From: Marsupella aquatica
Taxonomy: Eukaryota; Plantae; Marchantiophyta
NCBI GenBank assembly: GCA_973895155.1
Contig: OZ316894.1
Location: 9,324,234 to 9,388,233 of the forward strand
Length of the DNA stretch: 64,000 nt
Direction of reading: 5' to 3'
Shown: in pieces, positions 11,579 to 23,600 of the stretch
Numbering within the stretch: the stretch's first letter is position 1
Layout: each line of letters begins with the position of its first letter
Made by a program: the position numbers and the translations under genes
The notes under the pieces: generated by a model
Seen by the model: the letters and a program-made list of their open reading frames with translations, nothing else
Databases searched by the model: none
Told to the model about the DNA's origin: nothing

Positions 11579-14500
11579 ATGGCAACATATGGGTCTTCCT
11601 CAACATACTATGACCATCGTGATGGAGGTACTTGTCACTGACGTAGACATGGTCATCATAGTAGGGAGAGGGATGAGTCGTTGGGGAGGAGGAGAGATCA
11701 GTCATGGGGGGGACTAGTGATGAGCCCCAGGAGAGGAGGAGCCATGGATCCAGGGATAGGAGGAGGGATGGGTCACGACGGAGGAGGAGGAGGGATGAGT
11801 CGCCAAGGAGGAGGGATGTGTCCCTAGGGATGACGAGCCATGACTCAGGAGGGATCACTCCCAGGGTAGGAGGAGGGTTGATCCCCTCAGCGATGAGTCA
11901 CGGGAGAGGAGGAGGGATGACTCACCATCTAGGCGCCATCGGTCCAGGCATCACCAACGCAGACATTGGCGGGATAGAAGGAGAGATACTAGATCCTTGC
12001 GTCCTGCACACCAGTATCACGACCCATCCACGCTGAGGAGGGATTTGGAGACGCTATGGCTGCCATTCAGGGGATTGGACCTATCCGTAAGATGCCTTGC
12101 CCATGTAGGCGGTGCAAGGGAGTTGTATGTCACGAGAGGACCACTGTCCTTAGCCATTTAGGGATCCATGGTCGTTATATACCGCCCACACAAGAGGTAA
12201 TTATAAGGTTTAAACATTTCAATTATTTAGTTGCTTTCTTTTTTTACCTAACTAGAAGTTGTCTAGGCTGCAATTGTTCATGCTTTCATACGCAAATTCT
12301 GAAGTTGTCCTGCTGGTCACATGTGGACAGATTCCTATTGTAGTGCCTTTGGCTGTGGACAGCATGAGAGAGATTGCGAGGCGTGCGATCACCCCTCTAG
12401 TACCCCCATCAGCATTGTCTGCCACATTGAGGGCTATAGACTGTGTTTTTGATGGGATTGTGGTGCAAGTGCACCTTATTGAGAGGGGAGTAGTGGTGAC
12501 CACTAGACTGAGGTCGATGGAGTCTCATCCACCTAGGATAGTGCCGCCACGTTGTCCTTTTCTTGATGCACCTTCTTTGAGAGTTGCGAGACAGTTGCGA
12601 GGGAGAGCCTTGGATATCATAAAGGACTCCTTCCCTGCCCAGTTTGGACTCCCCGACGACCTTCCAGTCAGGGAACCTATCATAGTCTGGGGTCGGCCGT
12701 GGGCCCTCCTCCCATCCACATTGGGACCTGACGTTGGCCTTGGCGTTTTTGCACTTGTGGATATAGTGGTCCCTCATGGGTGTGCCCCTGACGATTTACC
12801 TCAGTTTGGCCCAGAGATGGCAAATCTTGTCTCGACAGTGTCCGACCTTTGGTCGATATGGCATGTCACTGAAGATGGACCCTAGGTATTCTCGGATGGA
12901 TGGTTATCCACCTCGCATGGGAAACTTGGTGGGCTACATCAATAGCATTGTTGGGTGTCGGCGTTTAGGGTTTAGGCCAAACGCTGAGTGGCACGAGTAC
13001 CATGATGCGTGTCACCCACGTTTGCCCATGGCATGCACACATTATGTCTTGACGCATGCCACCCGCACCATTAGAGCAGGAGATTAGATTTTTGTAGATT
13101 ATGATTGGCATTGATCACAACTTTATATGTACATAACCTATTCAATACATGACATTCCTTGCACATATCATTATTCAAGCTTCATTGCACCCTTCATACT
13201 CTTTGTCTAATTATGAGTTTGCATTGGATATGCTTACTTATATATGTAGGATGGTGCCAATATTACTCCTACACCGCACCCATCCATGATGACTACATCA
13301 GCCCGTGCCTTCCACACTTGAGCCACATTACATTTCAGTGACGACGATGATGATGATGTCCATGATGTGGATGATGATGTGGATGATGATGATGATGATG
13401 TGGACGATGATGATGATAAGTACCATGATGCATATGATGTCGAGTTTGATGATGTAGTAGAGGATGAGGGGCCTGCACCTATTCTTGAAGAGGAAGCTTT
13501 TGCCCACCTGGTTGACATTCACTTTGGACCACATGCACCTGACGCTGATCACCCTACTATGGAAGTTAGTAGACCAGGAGGATTGGGACCAGCTCGAATC
13601 AGAAGCCAAAACTCCACTATTCGAGGGTTCTCCAACCTTGAGGTAGAGAAGCTTACGACTTCTCTAATTGTGAGAGTGTAATTGCAGGTAGTACCTCATG
13701 TTCTATTTTGATGAACTAATTGTGGTTTTGCAAATGCAGGTTGGGTGCCACTCTCTTGATGTTAAATTTGCAAGGAGTTTTCAATGGTTCGGATGTCCAT
13801 ACAGATGCACTATTGTAGTTGTTCCACAAGAAATTCTTGCCCCAACCAAACACTCTTCCTGGATGTGTGAGGGAGGCTAAGAAGTTACTTGTCTCCATTG
13901 GATTGGCTTTGGAGTCTATCCATATGTGCCCCGTTGGTTGCATCTTGTATAGAAAGGAGTATGCTGAGCACACTCATTGCCCAAAGGAACGGTGTGGCCT
14001 TCCACGATATCGACCAGACACCATTGGGGACAAAATTCCAGAGAAGGTAAATTACTGATGCGAACTCATGTGATTAGCGTCCACATACTCAGGTGCAAAC
14101 TTAACATCCAACTCAACGAAGCACATTCACATCTTACGTCTTCAAATTCGTTGATTTATTTATTAACATTGTATTAACATCAATGTGAATTGAATACGTC
14201 TTCTCAGGCGATGTAAACCCATTTTACGTCTCTTCGTGTGACGTAAAGTAACGTCTCTTTGTTGTTTACGTCATAGAAGACGTGGCTAAAATAAGATAAC
14301 GTGTTCGTAAATGACGTTAGGGTTCTAATATTGTCGATTCAAATGGTTTCACTGTTGTTATTATAGGTGTTGAGGTATTTCCCTATCACACCCTGGCTGC
14401 AACAGTTATATCGACAAAAACGCTTATCCACACTACAGACTTGGCATGCAGAGAACAAATCTCCACCAAGGATTATGAGGTACCACCAAGATAGTCCAGC

Positions 14501-17218
14501 ATGGAAACACATTGATATGACTTGGCCTCAATTTTCCCAGGAGCCAAGAAATGTCCGGCTGGGGTTGGCAATAGACGGTGTAAACCCGTACAAGCAACGG
14601 CGGAAGCCTAAGTCCATTTGGCCGGTTCTCTTGATTAATCAGAACATCCCTCCATGGTTGGCAATGAAAAAGGGCCATGTCCTCCTCCTTGCTATCATAC
14701 CTGGTTCTGAGGCCTACAAGAATCCAAATGTCTGCTTGGTACCAGCTTATGAAGAGCTACAAAACCTGTGGGAGGTTGGGGCACCTACCACAGATGTCAC
14801 TCGGGCTCCGAGCAATGGGAGGATATTCCAGATGAGAGTGATGATCACCCATTGCACCACCGATGGTCCAGGTAATTCACAAGACAACCTAGAGCATTTT
14901 TCTAATTGCATTGTATTGTACAATGTAATAGAGATAATGACATATTCTATGGACCCAAATTATCATGTGCAGGTATGGGAACAATATCTGGTTTGAAGGT
15001 GGCAGATTATTCAGCTTGCCCTTCATGTGGTCCTGAGTTGCATGGGAGGTACTCATCACTATTGCCCAAAACCACATATGAGGAAAGTAGGGTCCACTTG
15101 CCAATGGATGATCACTTGCGGCGAAACACAACTCATTGGGTAGAAAGTGAGTTAAGACCATGTCCCAATGGCCCTTCGGCTGAAGGGCAAATCCAATTGG
15201 CAGAGATGGTGGAGGCAAAGTTACTCAAACCCAAAGATTGTGGAGTAAATCGCCGCTTAGCTTTGTGGGACTTGCCTTATTGGAGGGTAAGTGAGACAAA
15301 GCAAAATAATGGTTAATTTTTCTAATTGCAAATTGGAGTCTTCACTGAAACTATTGCTATTGAGAAATTTATTAGTGAACTCCAACATTATTGTTTTTTC
15401 ATGCTCCAAATCCTCCAGGTCCGGTGGTTGTTGGACCCCATGCACATTGAAGTGAATGTTGCTAAGAATTTGTTGAAGCACATTTATGGACGGAATGATA
15501 CTCGTCAAGTCCGAGAGGATGTTGAGAATGTAGGAGTTGTGAAGTCTTGCTGGATGACAAGTACTGGGGGGAAACCACCTGCTCCTTGGGTATTGCCAAA
15601 GGAGACATTAAAGCAAATTAATGCGATGATTTGTGAGATGAAATTCCCTAGCCACTATGGAGCCGACTTTCATGGGTGCACTAGCAGAAATGACCACATG
15701 CCCCCAATAGGGCTAAAGTCTCATGATTATCACAAGTTGATTCAACATGTGCTGCCTGCTGTCTTGTGTTGTTGTGATGACTTGCGAGAGAGGCGCCTAC
15801 TTCAACTCACCATTTACGACATGCGCTCTATTTTCCTAAGTTTAAAACCCTAAACCCTAAGTTTAAAACTAGAGACTTGTTGTTTTGGGCTTAATTCTTT
15901 TCATTACCAATATTATAATTAATTAAGTTGGTAATTTGGGCAACCGCTTGGTGTGATTGTGATATTAAATCAATTGGATTGTATGAGGTGGAATATAGGT
16001 GGGTATGCGCTAAGGAGATAAAGGAGTGTGAGATTCCTTTGATGAGGGAGAGGTCAGCACGTGTGATGTGCAATATGGAGAAGGTGTTCCCTCCTTGTCT
16101 CTTTGACATGCAATTGCATTTGCTATGTCACCTCATGGATGAGGTAGCTATTGCTGGTACAGTTCATGCGCGGTGGATGTATTGGGTTGAGCGCTTCATG
16201 AAAGTGCTCAAGTCCATGGTGCGTCAACCAGATCAACCAGAGGGAGCATGACAACAGGATACATTATGTCTGAGTGCTCAGGGGGGATGATAGGGAGTTT
16301 GGACCCTACAACTCCCACAACTTGGGAAGAGGCACAGGATGAGGACAATGGTGGGTTGCGCTTGATGGGTGCGTCAAAGAAGCGGTCACTACATGACGAC
16401 ATTTTTTGACGGCAAATCCACAATTATGTGTTGGAAAACCGCCCTGACATGTCAGCTTGGAGGGAGTTGTACAGGTATGAGGCATTTAGATTGTGAAGTT
16501 TGACTTGTAGTTGGGGAGTACTTTTTTGTCCATAGGATACTGCAAATTTCTAACAATATTTGTGTATACAAATGCCAGGGCATGGAGGGAGCGACAACCG
16601 GTTATTGCAGGACATGTGCACACAATTGCATCATTCTGCGTATGGGCATTGGAGCACATGGAGAGGGTCCTGGCAAAGCATGGGCCCACATCCATCCCGA
16701 TTGATCTTCAGAACATCATTAGGGGGCCATCGATGTGGGCAACAACTCATACACACATGTATGAGTCGGGGCACCACTTTCGGACTTGGAGGACAGACCA
16801 TATGAAAAAGACAACATGTAACTCACAAGTGTTCATGTTGACAGACCGAGGTGATGTTGAGGTTCCTTATTGTGGCACTGTATTGGACATTTTAGATGTT
16901 GACTACTGTGTTAGAGGTGTGGTGGCACAAGTCCATCATACCACTACTGTGTTAGAGGTGTGGTGGCACAAGTCCATCATGTCACCTCTTGTGAGAGCCA
17001 CCATGGTGAAAGATGAGTGTGGATTTTATCGGGTGGACATGACTCGTGTGTCACCAAGCGGGACTGAGGTTAGTGATACCATAGTTTTTCCTAGCCAAGT
17101 GGATCAGTGTATTATGGTGCCCATGCAAACTATGAGAGGGTGGTCCATTGTCAATCCCATCTTCCCACGACGGAGGAAGGGTTTGATGCAATCAACAATT
17201 ATGGACGATGCTGATTGA
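11579..17218 (+). pseudogene. CACTA transposase (TnpD/Tnp2; transposase-associated domain, Transposase_21, DUF4218/DUF4216-like regions), multi-exon, decayed
   Basis: Predicted exons: 11579-12196 (R/S/D-rich, then CPCRRC..V.SHL..HG), 13250-13642, 13740-14046 (LPQPNTLP..IHMCPVGCILY), 14367-14871 (LRYFPI..DSPAWKHID..RNVRLGLAIDGVNPY), 14973-15286, 15419 to about 15836 (DPMHIEVNV, GLKSHDYH), 15999-16474 (FPP..HL..HARWMYWVERFM), 16579-17218. Several stops and frameshifts. Confidence 0.93.
12331..13114 (+). pseudogene. SET-domain (lysine methyltransferase-like) exon carried inside the CACTA transposase gene
   Basis: SET motifs in the expected order: GLGVFALVDI; MDG..RMGNLVGYINS; PNA; ATRTIRAGD*IFVDY; natural stop TGA at 13112-13114. 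One frameshift near 12810 and one in-frame TAG (13085-13087) at the conserved Glu position. Confidence 0.85.
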
Positions 17219-17675
17219 TATGACCATCACCACTGTCATGATGCTTTGGATGCATGTATATTGGCCGTAGCCATCCTTTACATATATACAGATCTGGTTG
17301 GACAGTCCTCATTTACGTCATTTATATAATTAAACGTCCCATTTGTAACACCCAAAATGACGTAGAAAACCCATACGTCGTCACAAAACCCCACCAAAAA
17401 TGACGTAAACCCCTAACTTAACGTCGTTCTTATGTAGCCCTACACAACGTGATACTAAATTGTGACGTAAATACACAGCCCTAAAGGACGTACATTGTGG
17501 AACGTCGTATTATGATATGTAAACTATTTTGGGACAACATGGAGGACAACGTAACGTGTGAGGGGCGACGTTACGCACAATGCACACACTGAAAGGGCAC
17601 ATTCACTGGCACAATCAAAATAATACAATCATGGGTGTCTTTATTAAGGTGATATGAACACACAAGTTATACATT

Positions 17676-18400
17676 TCACAACACATTGTCTTTCCACCAA
17701 AGCAATCCTAACCTATGCGAATCATGGAACCTAAACCCCACCACCAGCTGCGATTTGAAGTATTGTTGCTTAAGGGGTCCCTTCACCAGACCAGTAGTAC
17801 TCCTCATCGGCCTTCCTTGCTTTGTAGGAATCACGCCTCTGGCTTTGGTTCCATTACTTCCGCTCAACCGCTTCCCCAACCTTCAGCCTTTCAGCCTCAA
17901 CCTCAACTGCACAGCTTTTCTTGCAATCGTACAATACAATCCCAAGCTCAGTAGGAGATAACTCACATTTAGAGAAGGTAGGTGGATATGCCTCACCATC
18001 ATCAAGCTTGGGCAAATCATCAAGGATCTCATGATCACCCGGCTGCAACAAGAAGTCTCCTGGATCCAACTCCTTGTTAGCCAGAATGGAGCACTCAACC
18101 CAACGGATAGAAATGAAATGCACTGTCTCCGCAAAGTGCTCAATCAATCCAGGGTAGTCACTGAAGTGCTCAACAACATCTTTCCAAGTATAGGCCAACA
18201 AGTAATCTATCTCTAGGTACACAACTTCTCAATAACACCTCCACGACAAAAGAACCCACGCACAATCTTGTCCTCTTCACCGAGAGGAAGGAAGCAACAA
18301 TGCACATCCTTGAATAACTTGTGCACCATAGCTTAGCACTTTCTATCCCCCACAGAAATTTCTCCCTACTCAAGATGAGAGCTCACTCAAAAACTCTTGA
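17676..18400 (-). pseudogene. Unidentified accessory ORF near the right end of the CACTA element
   Basis: Protein-like minus-strand frames (YLEIDYLLAYTWKDVVEHFSDYPGLIEHFAETVHF...) linked by frameshifts and stops, bounded by two ACGT islands. No family recognised. Confidence 0.45.
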
Positions 18401-18559
18401 ATGCAAGTCTTGGAAGGTCTTGGCAGCTATGAACCAAAAGCCACGGGTAGAAAACCCAAGTCAGCAAGGAATTTGTCATTTACATCAACCAAAATGATGT
18501 CTTGCACGTATCATGTGGCAGAGTAACTCTCAAACGCCGATGAGAGCTCCATAATATAT

Positions 18560-18859
18560 TTAACCTTGCAGATTCCTACGTACTTTTAAACGTCGTCCAA
18601 CAAATTGTATATTATGACGCTCTGGACGACGCAATTAATTTTACCTCTTTCTAGACGATGTTTTATTACCCGGATGAGGAGACGTTAATTTTTGGTCGTA
18701 TCACACGACGTAAAAATAGTTCCGATTGTCGTGCCATATTCTACGACGTTGGCCTAACGTCTTCAGCTATATGGAACGACGTCTTCTTCGACGTGATCCA
18801 ATTGAACGTCTACGTTGAAGACGTTCATAGGGCACGCAACGTTAAAAATTGTAGTTGTG
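18560..18859 (-). repeat. Right ACGT-rich subterminal region and TIR of the CACTA element
   Basis: Dense ACGT cores (aaacgtcgtcc, cgacgttgg, gaacgtctacgttgaagacgttc) ending in aattgtagttgtg. Confidence 0.85.
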
Positions 18860-20650
18860 CAACTCCCAATGCCAATCTAAGTGTTTTGTGTGCGTTACCA
18901 ACTTAGCTCAGTGCCTTTGCTAGTGCTATGTTTCATACAAGTATCTCCATATTAGTCTCCACCAGATGGTTTTTCCGGAGGCCTGGGCCATAGAAGAGCT
19001 CAATGTCGGAGTAAGCAATGTTGGAACTAAGTGGAGTGGACTACAACAATGCAAACAAAGCTGTAGCCACTGAAAGACAACAAAATTTGGAGCTTGTAAG
19101 CTATGTAAAAGTAAGCAAGTGGTGGAGAGCAAGTGACATAGTCTTATTGAGCTAGTGACATAAAAACATTGCACCCATGACATAGTCTGATTTGTAGGAT
19201 GGTTGTAATTTATTTTAAGCATAAAACTAGTGATTTTGTGAAGTTATCCCCTTACATACATTCAGCAAAACAGAAGGACTAAGAAGCAAGCTTCATTTTA
19301 ATAATTGAAGGACTCAGAAGCAACCAGCTGGAAAGTGAAGGGAGGAAATATGGAAGTCCAAGGACAACTGAAGAACGAGAGGAAAAAGGAAAGGCTGGAC
19401 AAAAGGAAGACACAAACAATAAATTGAGCCATTTCTTCTCTCGACCAAAATTTCTGTTCTACAAAAAAGTTGAGGTTTGCATCTTCAACTTTTTGGAAAA
19501 CGGTGGTATTATTCTTGTATGCATCACGTTCTCACTCCAAATGACTAAACTCGAAAAACTTCTGTAAATACTTCATGACTAACTCGCTGTACTCTTGTAC
19601 ATTTCTTTCCAGGTTTAACTCGCTGTACTCTTGTACATTTCTTTCCAGGTTTGTTTACGTGAATGGCGGATCTGAAATCTTTCTGTGAGGAGAGTTTTAA
19701 TACGATTTGAGACAATGATCGTTTAGGGACACGCAAGTGTACGCAGTGTGAAATTGCTCCATTGAGACGATGATAGTGAGGGACACGCAAATGCATGTAG
19801 TGCGATTGGTGAAATTGCTTTATTGGGTTAAGTGGAACATCATAGCATTTACTCCGCAGTCATAGGTTGGCATAATTGCGATGCCTCATTCCAGTTTCAT
19901 CATATCAAACATAACGACGCAGTAGGACCTGCCATAGCGAGATCGTTCACATCGCTACCGCCTTTTACATAAGCGTGACCAGTATCCGACATTGCTCTGA
20001 TATATGCCCTCTCTTTGCCATGAATTCTTAGGTGTCTCATTGCAACCCAAAACTTACTACTACAACTACTGGTCCATCCAAGTTCCTGCTATATACAAGT
20101 GATAGGAAAGACAAAAAACTAGAGTCCGATGGAAAACAGCGTGATGACAATCATCCCTAAAATCCATGTTCGTTTAAGGCCTTGCTATGCTGGTGGCTGT
20201 TGAAAGAGATCTCTATGCAGCATCAAATTTTATACAAGATGAGATGGTGGACCTGGAACTTCTTGAGTTCCAACAGTGGGATTCCAACACGGTACACCTA
20301 AAGTGGGTCTCAGAACCGCTTAGTTCCAACAGTAAAATTCCATCAAAGTAGACCTGACTATTTAGAGGAAACAAAATTGAATCCATCAGATCAAATCATG
20401 ACAGGATAATATCCGTTCTATTCGGTCACTGGACCTAATTTATACAGCTTTCCTCAACCCCATCCTGAAAGGTCCCTCTGATAGCGTGTGCTTGGAGGGG
20501 GAGGAAAAAGGATGGAGTTCTGTACAAAGACTAGACATTCACTGTCAAAGAGCTACAGATGACAGCTTTGTCTTCAAATGGGTTCTTAAGAAAAGGACCT
20601 GCACATTTTTTGCTGCAGCCCAATTCCAAAAATTGCCTACCAATCCTGAT

Positions 20651-23600
20651 CTACCTAATCAAAAATTGATGATTCGACTGAGAAGATTGTGCTTGCCAGT
20701 GCGCATTCCCACCCATATGAACCTGATAACCATTTGTGCTATATTGTTGAACACGGCCATCTGAGCCAGGGGGATGTCTCCGTCCCCTATGATTCTGTCT
20801 ATACCGCTCCGTTCGTTGACCTTGGTGACCACCTGAAGGAATGGATGGAGAAGGCGATGTATGATGGCTTGTTGGCCGACTTTCCACTGCAGGGTAGGCT
20901 GTCTGAGAAGGCTCCACGAATTCTGCATAGCCTGTATTCAAAGTTTGTGGGTATTGAACTCTACGCTCCGCATCTATTGTCGGAAAGTCCACCTCCCTGT
21001 GGACATAACCACCTCCGCTATAACCAACATCAGGAGGGTAAGAGGTCAGAATATCTTCTTTCCTGTATCCAGAGTCCCAGTCCCTGTACCCAGAACCAAA
21101 ATCGGCGTAACCAGACATTGTATGGCCAGCCACCTGCTTCATGCTATGACCAACAGGGATAGATCTGGAGTCGAGTGGAGGATATTCCATTGTATATCCG
21201 TTCATACTGGGCGTCTCATAACGACGCCCTGAATATCCACCTCTGTTCTCACCCTGGGCATGGGAATCAAAACCACCACTAAGGTTTGCAATTCTAGTTG
21301 ATTGTCCCACCTTCCTGTATCCATTGGCTCTGTGGGCAGGACCCTGTCCAGCTTGATTTTGCTCAGCATAAACTGGTGCAGATGGCTTTTGACCCCAAGT
21401 CCCAGCGTTACACAAAGAACTATCTGCGAAACTTTCATGTCCTCTGTTACCTGGAAGATTGGTTCTTCTCTCATTCGCAGGTTGCGACCAACCATTTCCA
21501 CTTAGCCAGTTTCCGGTACTTAGTACCGTCACACCGTGATGTGTACCTCTGTGCCTTTGCCTAATAGATCCAAAGAGATAAGCTTTCAGGTCTTTGGCTT
21601 CCAGGACATCATACACAGGATCCTTAAGGTTGGAAACAGTCGACTGTAAAACCTGATAAATAAGCTCGAACTCTTTCCTAGAAACAGACCGAGCCACATT
21701 TTGAGTACGATCCGCGAAGTCCTCCACCTGGTATTGTAAACATGTTTGTAACGATAGTGTTTAGAAATGAGGGTCTAGGAATTTGCAGCATTTCACAATT
21801 CCTTAGACCTAACAAGCGATAATACATATGAAGTCGATGACCTTCCAGGAGCAAGATTGACAGAAAATCTCATCCTTTCGGCAATCCAACCGGACAGGTG
21901 AGGTCTTACAGAAATGCAGCCGATATGATTTTTTGGCCAGATCTTCGAGATCCACCTTCCTTCATACGTGCTGGAACACAACCCCTGCCCCCACATGCTT
22001 TCCACAGCTAACAACTGCGCCACAGTTCGGACATGGAATTTTAGAATTTCCTCCAATAATTCAACAGGGAGTTCAATGGCCCACTTGAGGACCAACACAA
22101 CGTCAACAAAACAGATCACATTAACTCCACTGTGCATACCCTAACCCCCTCCTCTCTTTCTCCTTCGTAGTGTCAGGGCAGGTCCCCAAACATAACCCGC
22201 TTGCCAGGGGTGTTCCAAGTCTCATAATCCGCAGCCAGTCTCGCCTAGTCTCATAATTTCAAAATCTAATGTGAAAAAACAGTGTCGGGGTTACGCTTGC
22301 TAACCCATGGCTGTAACCGCCTTGGACTCACCACCCTCGGCGATTACAGCCCATACCCCCCTAAAGGCCATGGTTTACCCTACACCAATATCATTTGTGA
22401 GAATATGCAAAGAGTACAAATCAAAGCTGGAACAATCCTGGAAAATACCTTGAGAAAAAACGAACCAAACAGTTCTGGGACACTTTCAGTGTTGTCCTTC
22501 CCAAATCCCCTCTCCTTATATTCCTTTACGCGAAGTTCCACAATTTGAAGACAGCTTCCAATTGCCGGTAAATGCAGCCCTGCTCTACCACAAGCCATCC
22601 GCGTTATCGACCGTAACTAGCATAGAAGTTTTTACCACAAACGGCCTGTGTGCAGAAGCCCTGGTTCAAGTATTATGGAGACTCAAGCATATCTCTATCC
22701 AGTCACAAGTACGACATTGGCACATTGTTCTGTAAAACAACCCGACATTATACCAAACCCCCCAATATCATGGAGAAACCGGGGACAAGCAATAAACTCA
22801 CCTTCCATGAAGACCGAAAATGGTGGAAGAATTGCAGGAGAACGAGTCTGTTGCACAGTTGCAAATTATGAAAAAAATGTAGCATGATCATTACACAGAT
22901 CCAAGGTTTGCTACACCTTCTTCTGCACGGACAGAACCATAATCTTACAATTTTCTAAACAAACATAAATTCATACATCGACCCTGTAGTCTTCACAGTA
23001 GGCCAGAGGATTGCAAACCCGTGGGAAATGCATTGAGAAGCAGTAAGTCAGCACGCACTCTTCAAACCGCTTAACGAGAGAGAAGAGCGAATGATAATGA
23101 CACAAGCTTATATCACTGCACCATGCTGTCTCCCAACGAATCACAGATAGAAGACAGTGCAGCTTTTCGAATTTTAAACAGGTAGTATCCCTCATTGTCA
23201 TAGGCTTCTCATTGCTATAACTTAACCTTGCCTCTTGTGATCTTGCTCAGCTCAGAGTTTATGGTTAGAGTGCAGAGACCTCGCCCTAGTCGTCCCAGGA
23301 AACTTTGGTTCTAAAGATATAGATATCAGTTTGACAGACGTGACATCTGCTAGTAAGCAAAACCATCAAAAGGATTGTCCCTCCATGCGACACGAGTAGA
23401 AGATCTCGTTACCTGCAAATGAAATGCAACAAGAAGACATATTGACAAGGAATTTAAGGTCCCATTTTTGGAGCTGTTGACATTATGCTTTTTGGCCCAA
23501 GCTTTCACCTGCACACATAGCCAAACATCAGCTCTTGAGAAACGCTAAGAAATTATTGGACGTGTCATACTCGATCTAAAGAAGGATGCATTTTGATGAG

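Larger units (their letters stand above)
1023..18859 (+). mobile_element. CACTA/EnSpm (CMC superfamily) DNA transposon, full length, decayed, with CACAA termini
   Basis: Perfect 13-bp TIR CACAACTACAATT (1023-1035; reverse complement at 18847-18859). 3-bp TSD CAA at 1020-1022 and 18860-18862. ACGT-rich subterminal regions and an internal Transposase_21-type gene. An uninterrupted paralogous empty site lies near 47376-47420. Confidence 0.95.

Noticed and set aside
20689-21564. Plus-strand ORFs of 88-157 aa overlapping the nucleotidyltransferase last exon
   Set aside because: They are antisense shadows of a real coding exon with no recognisable domains.
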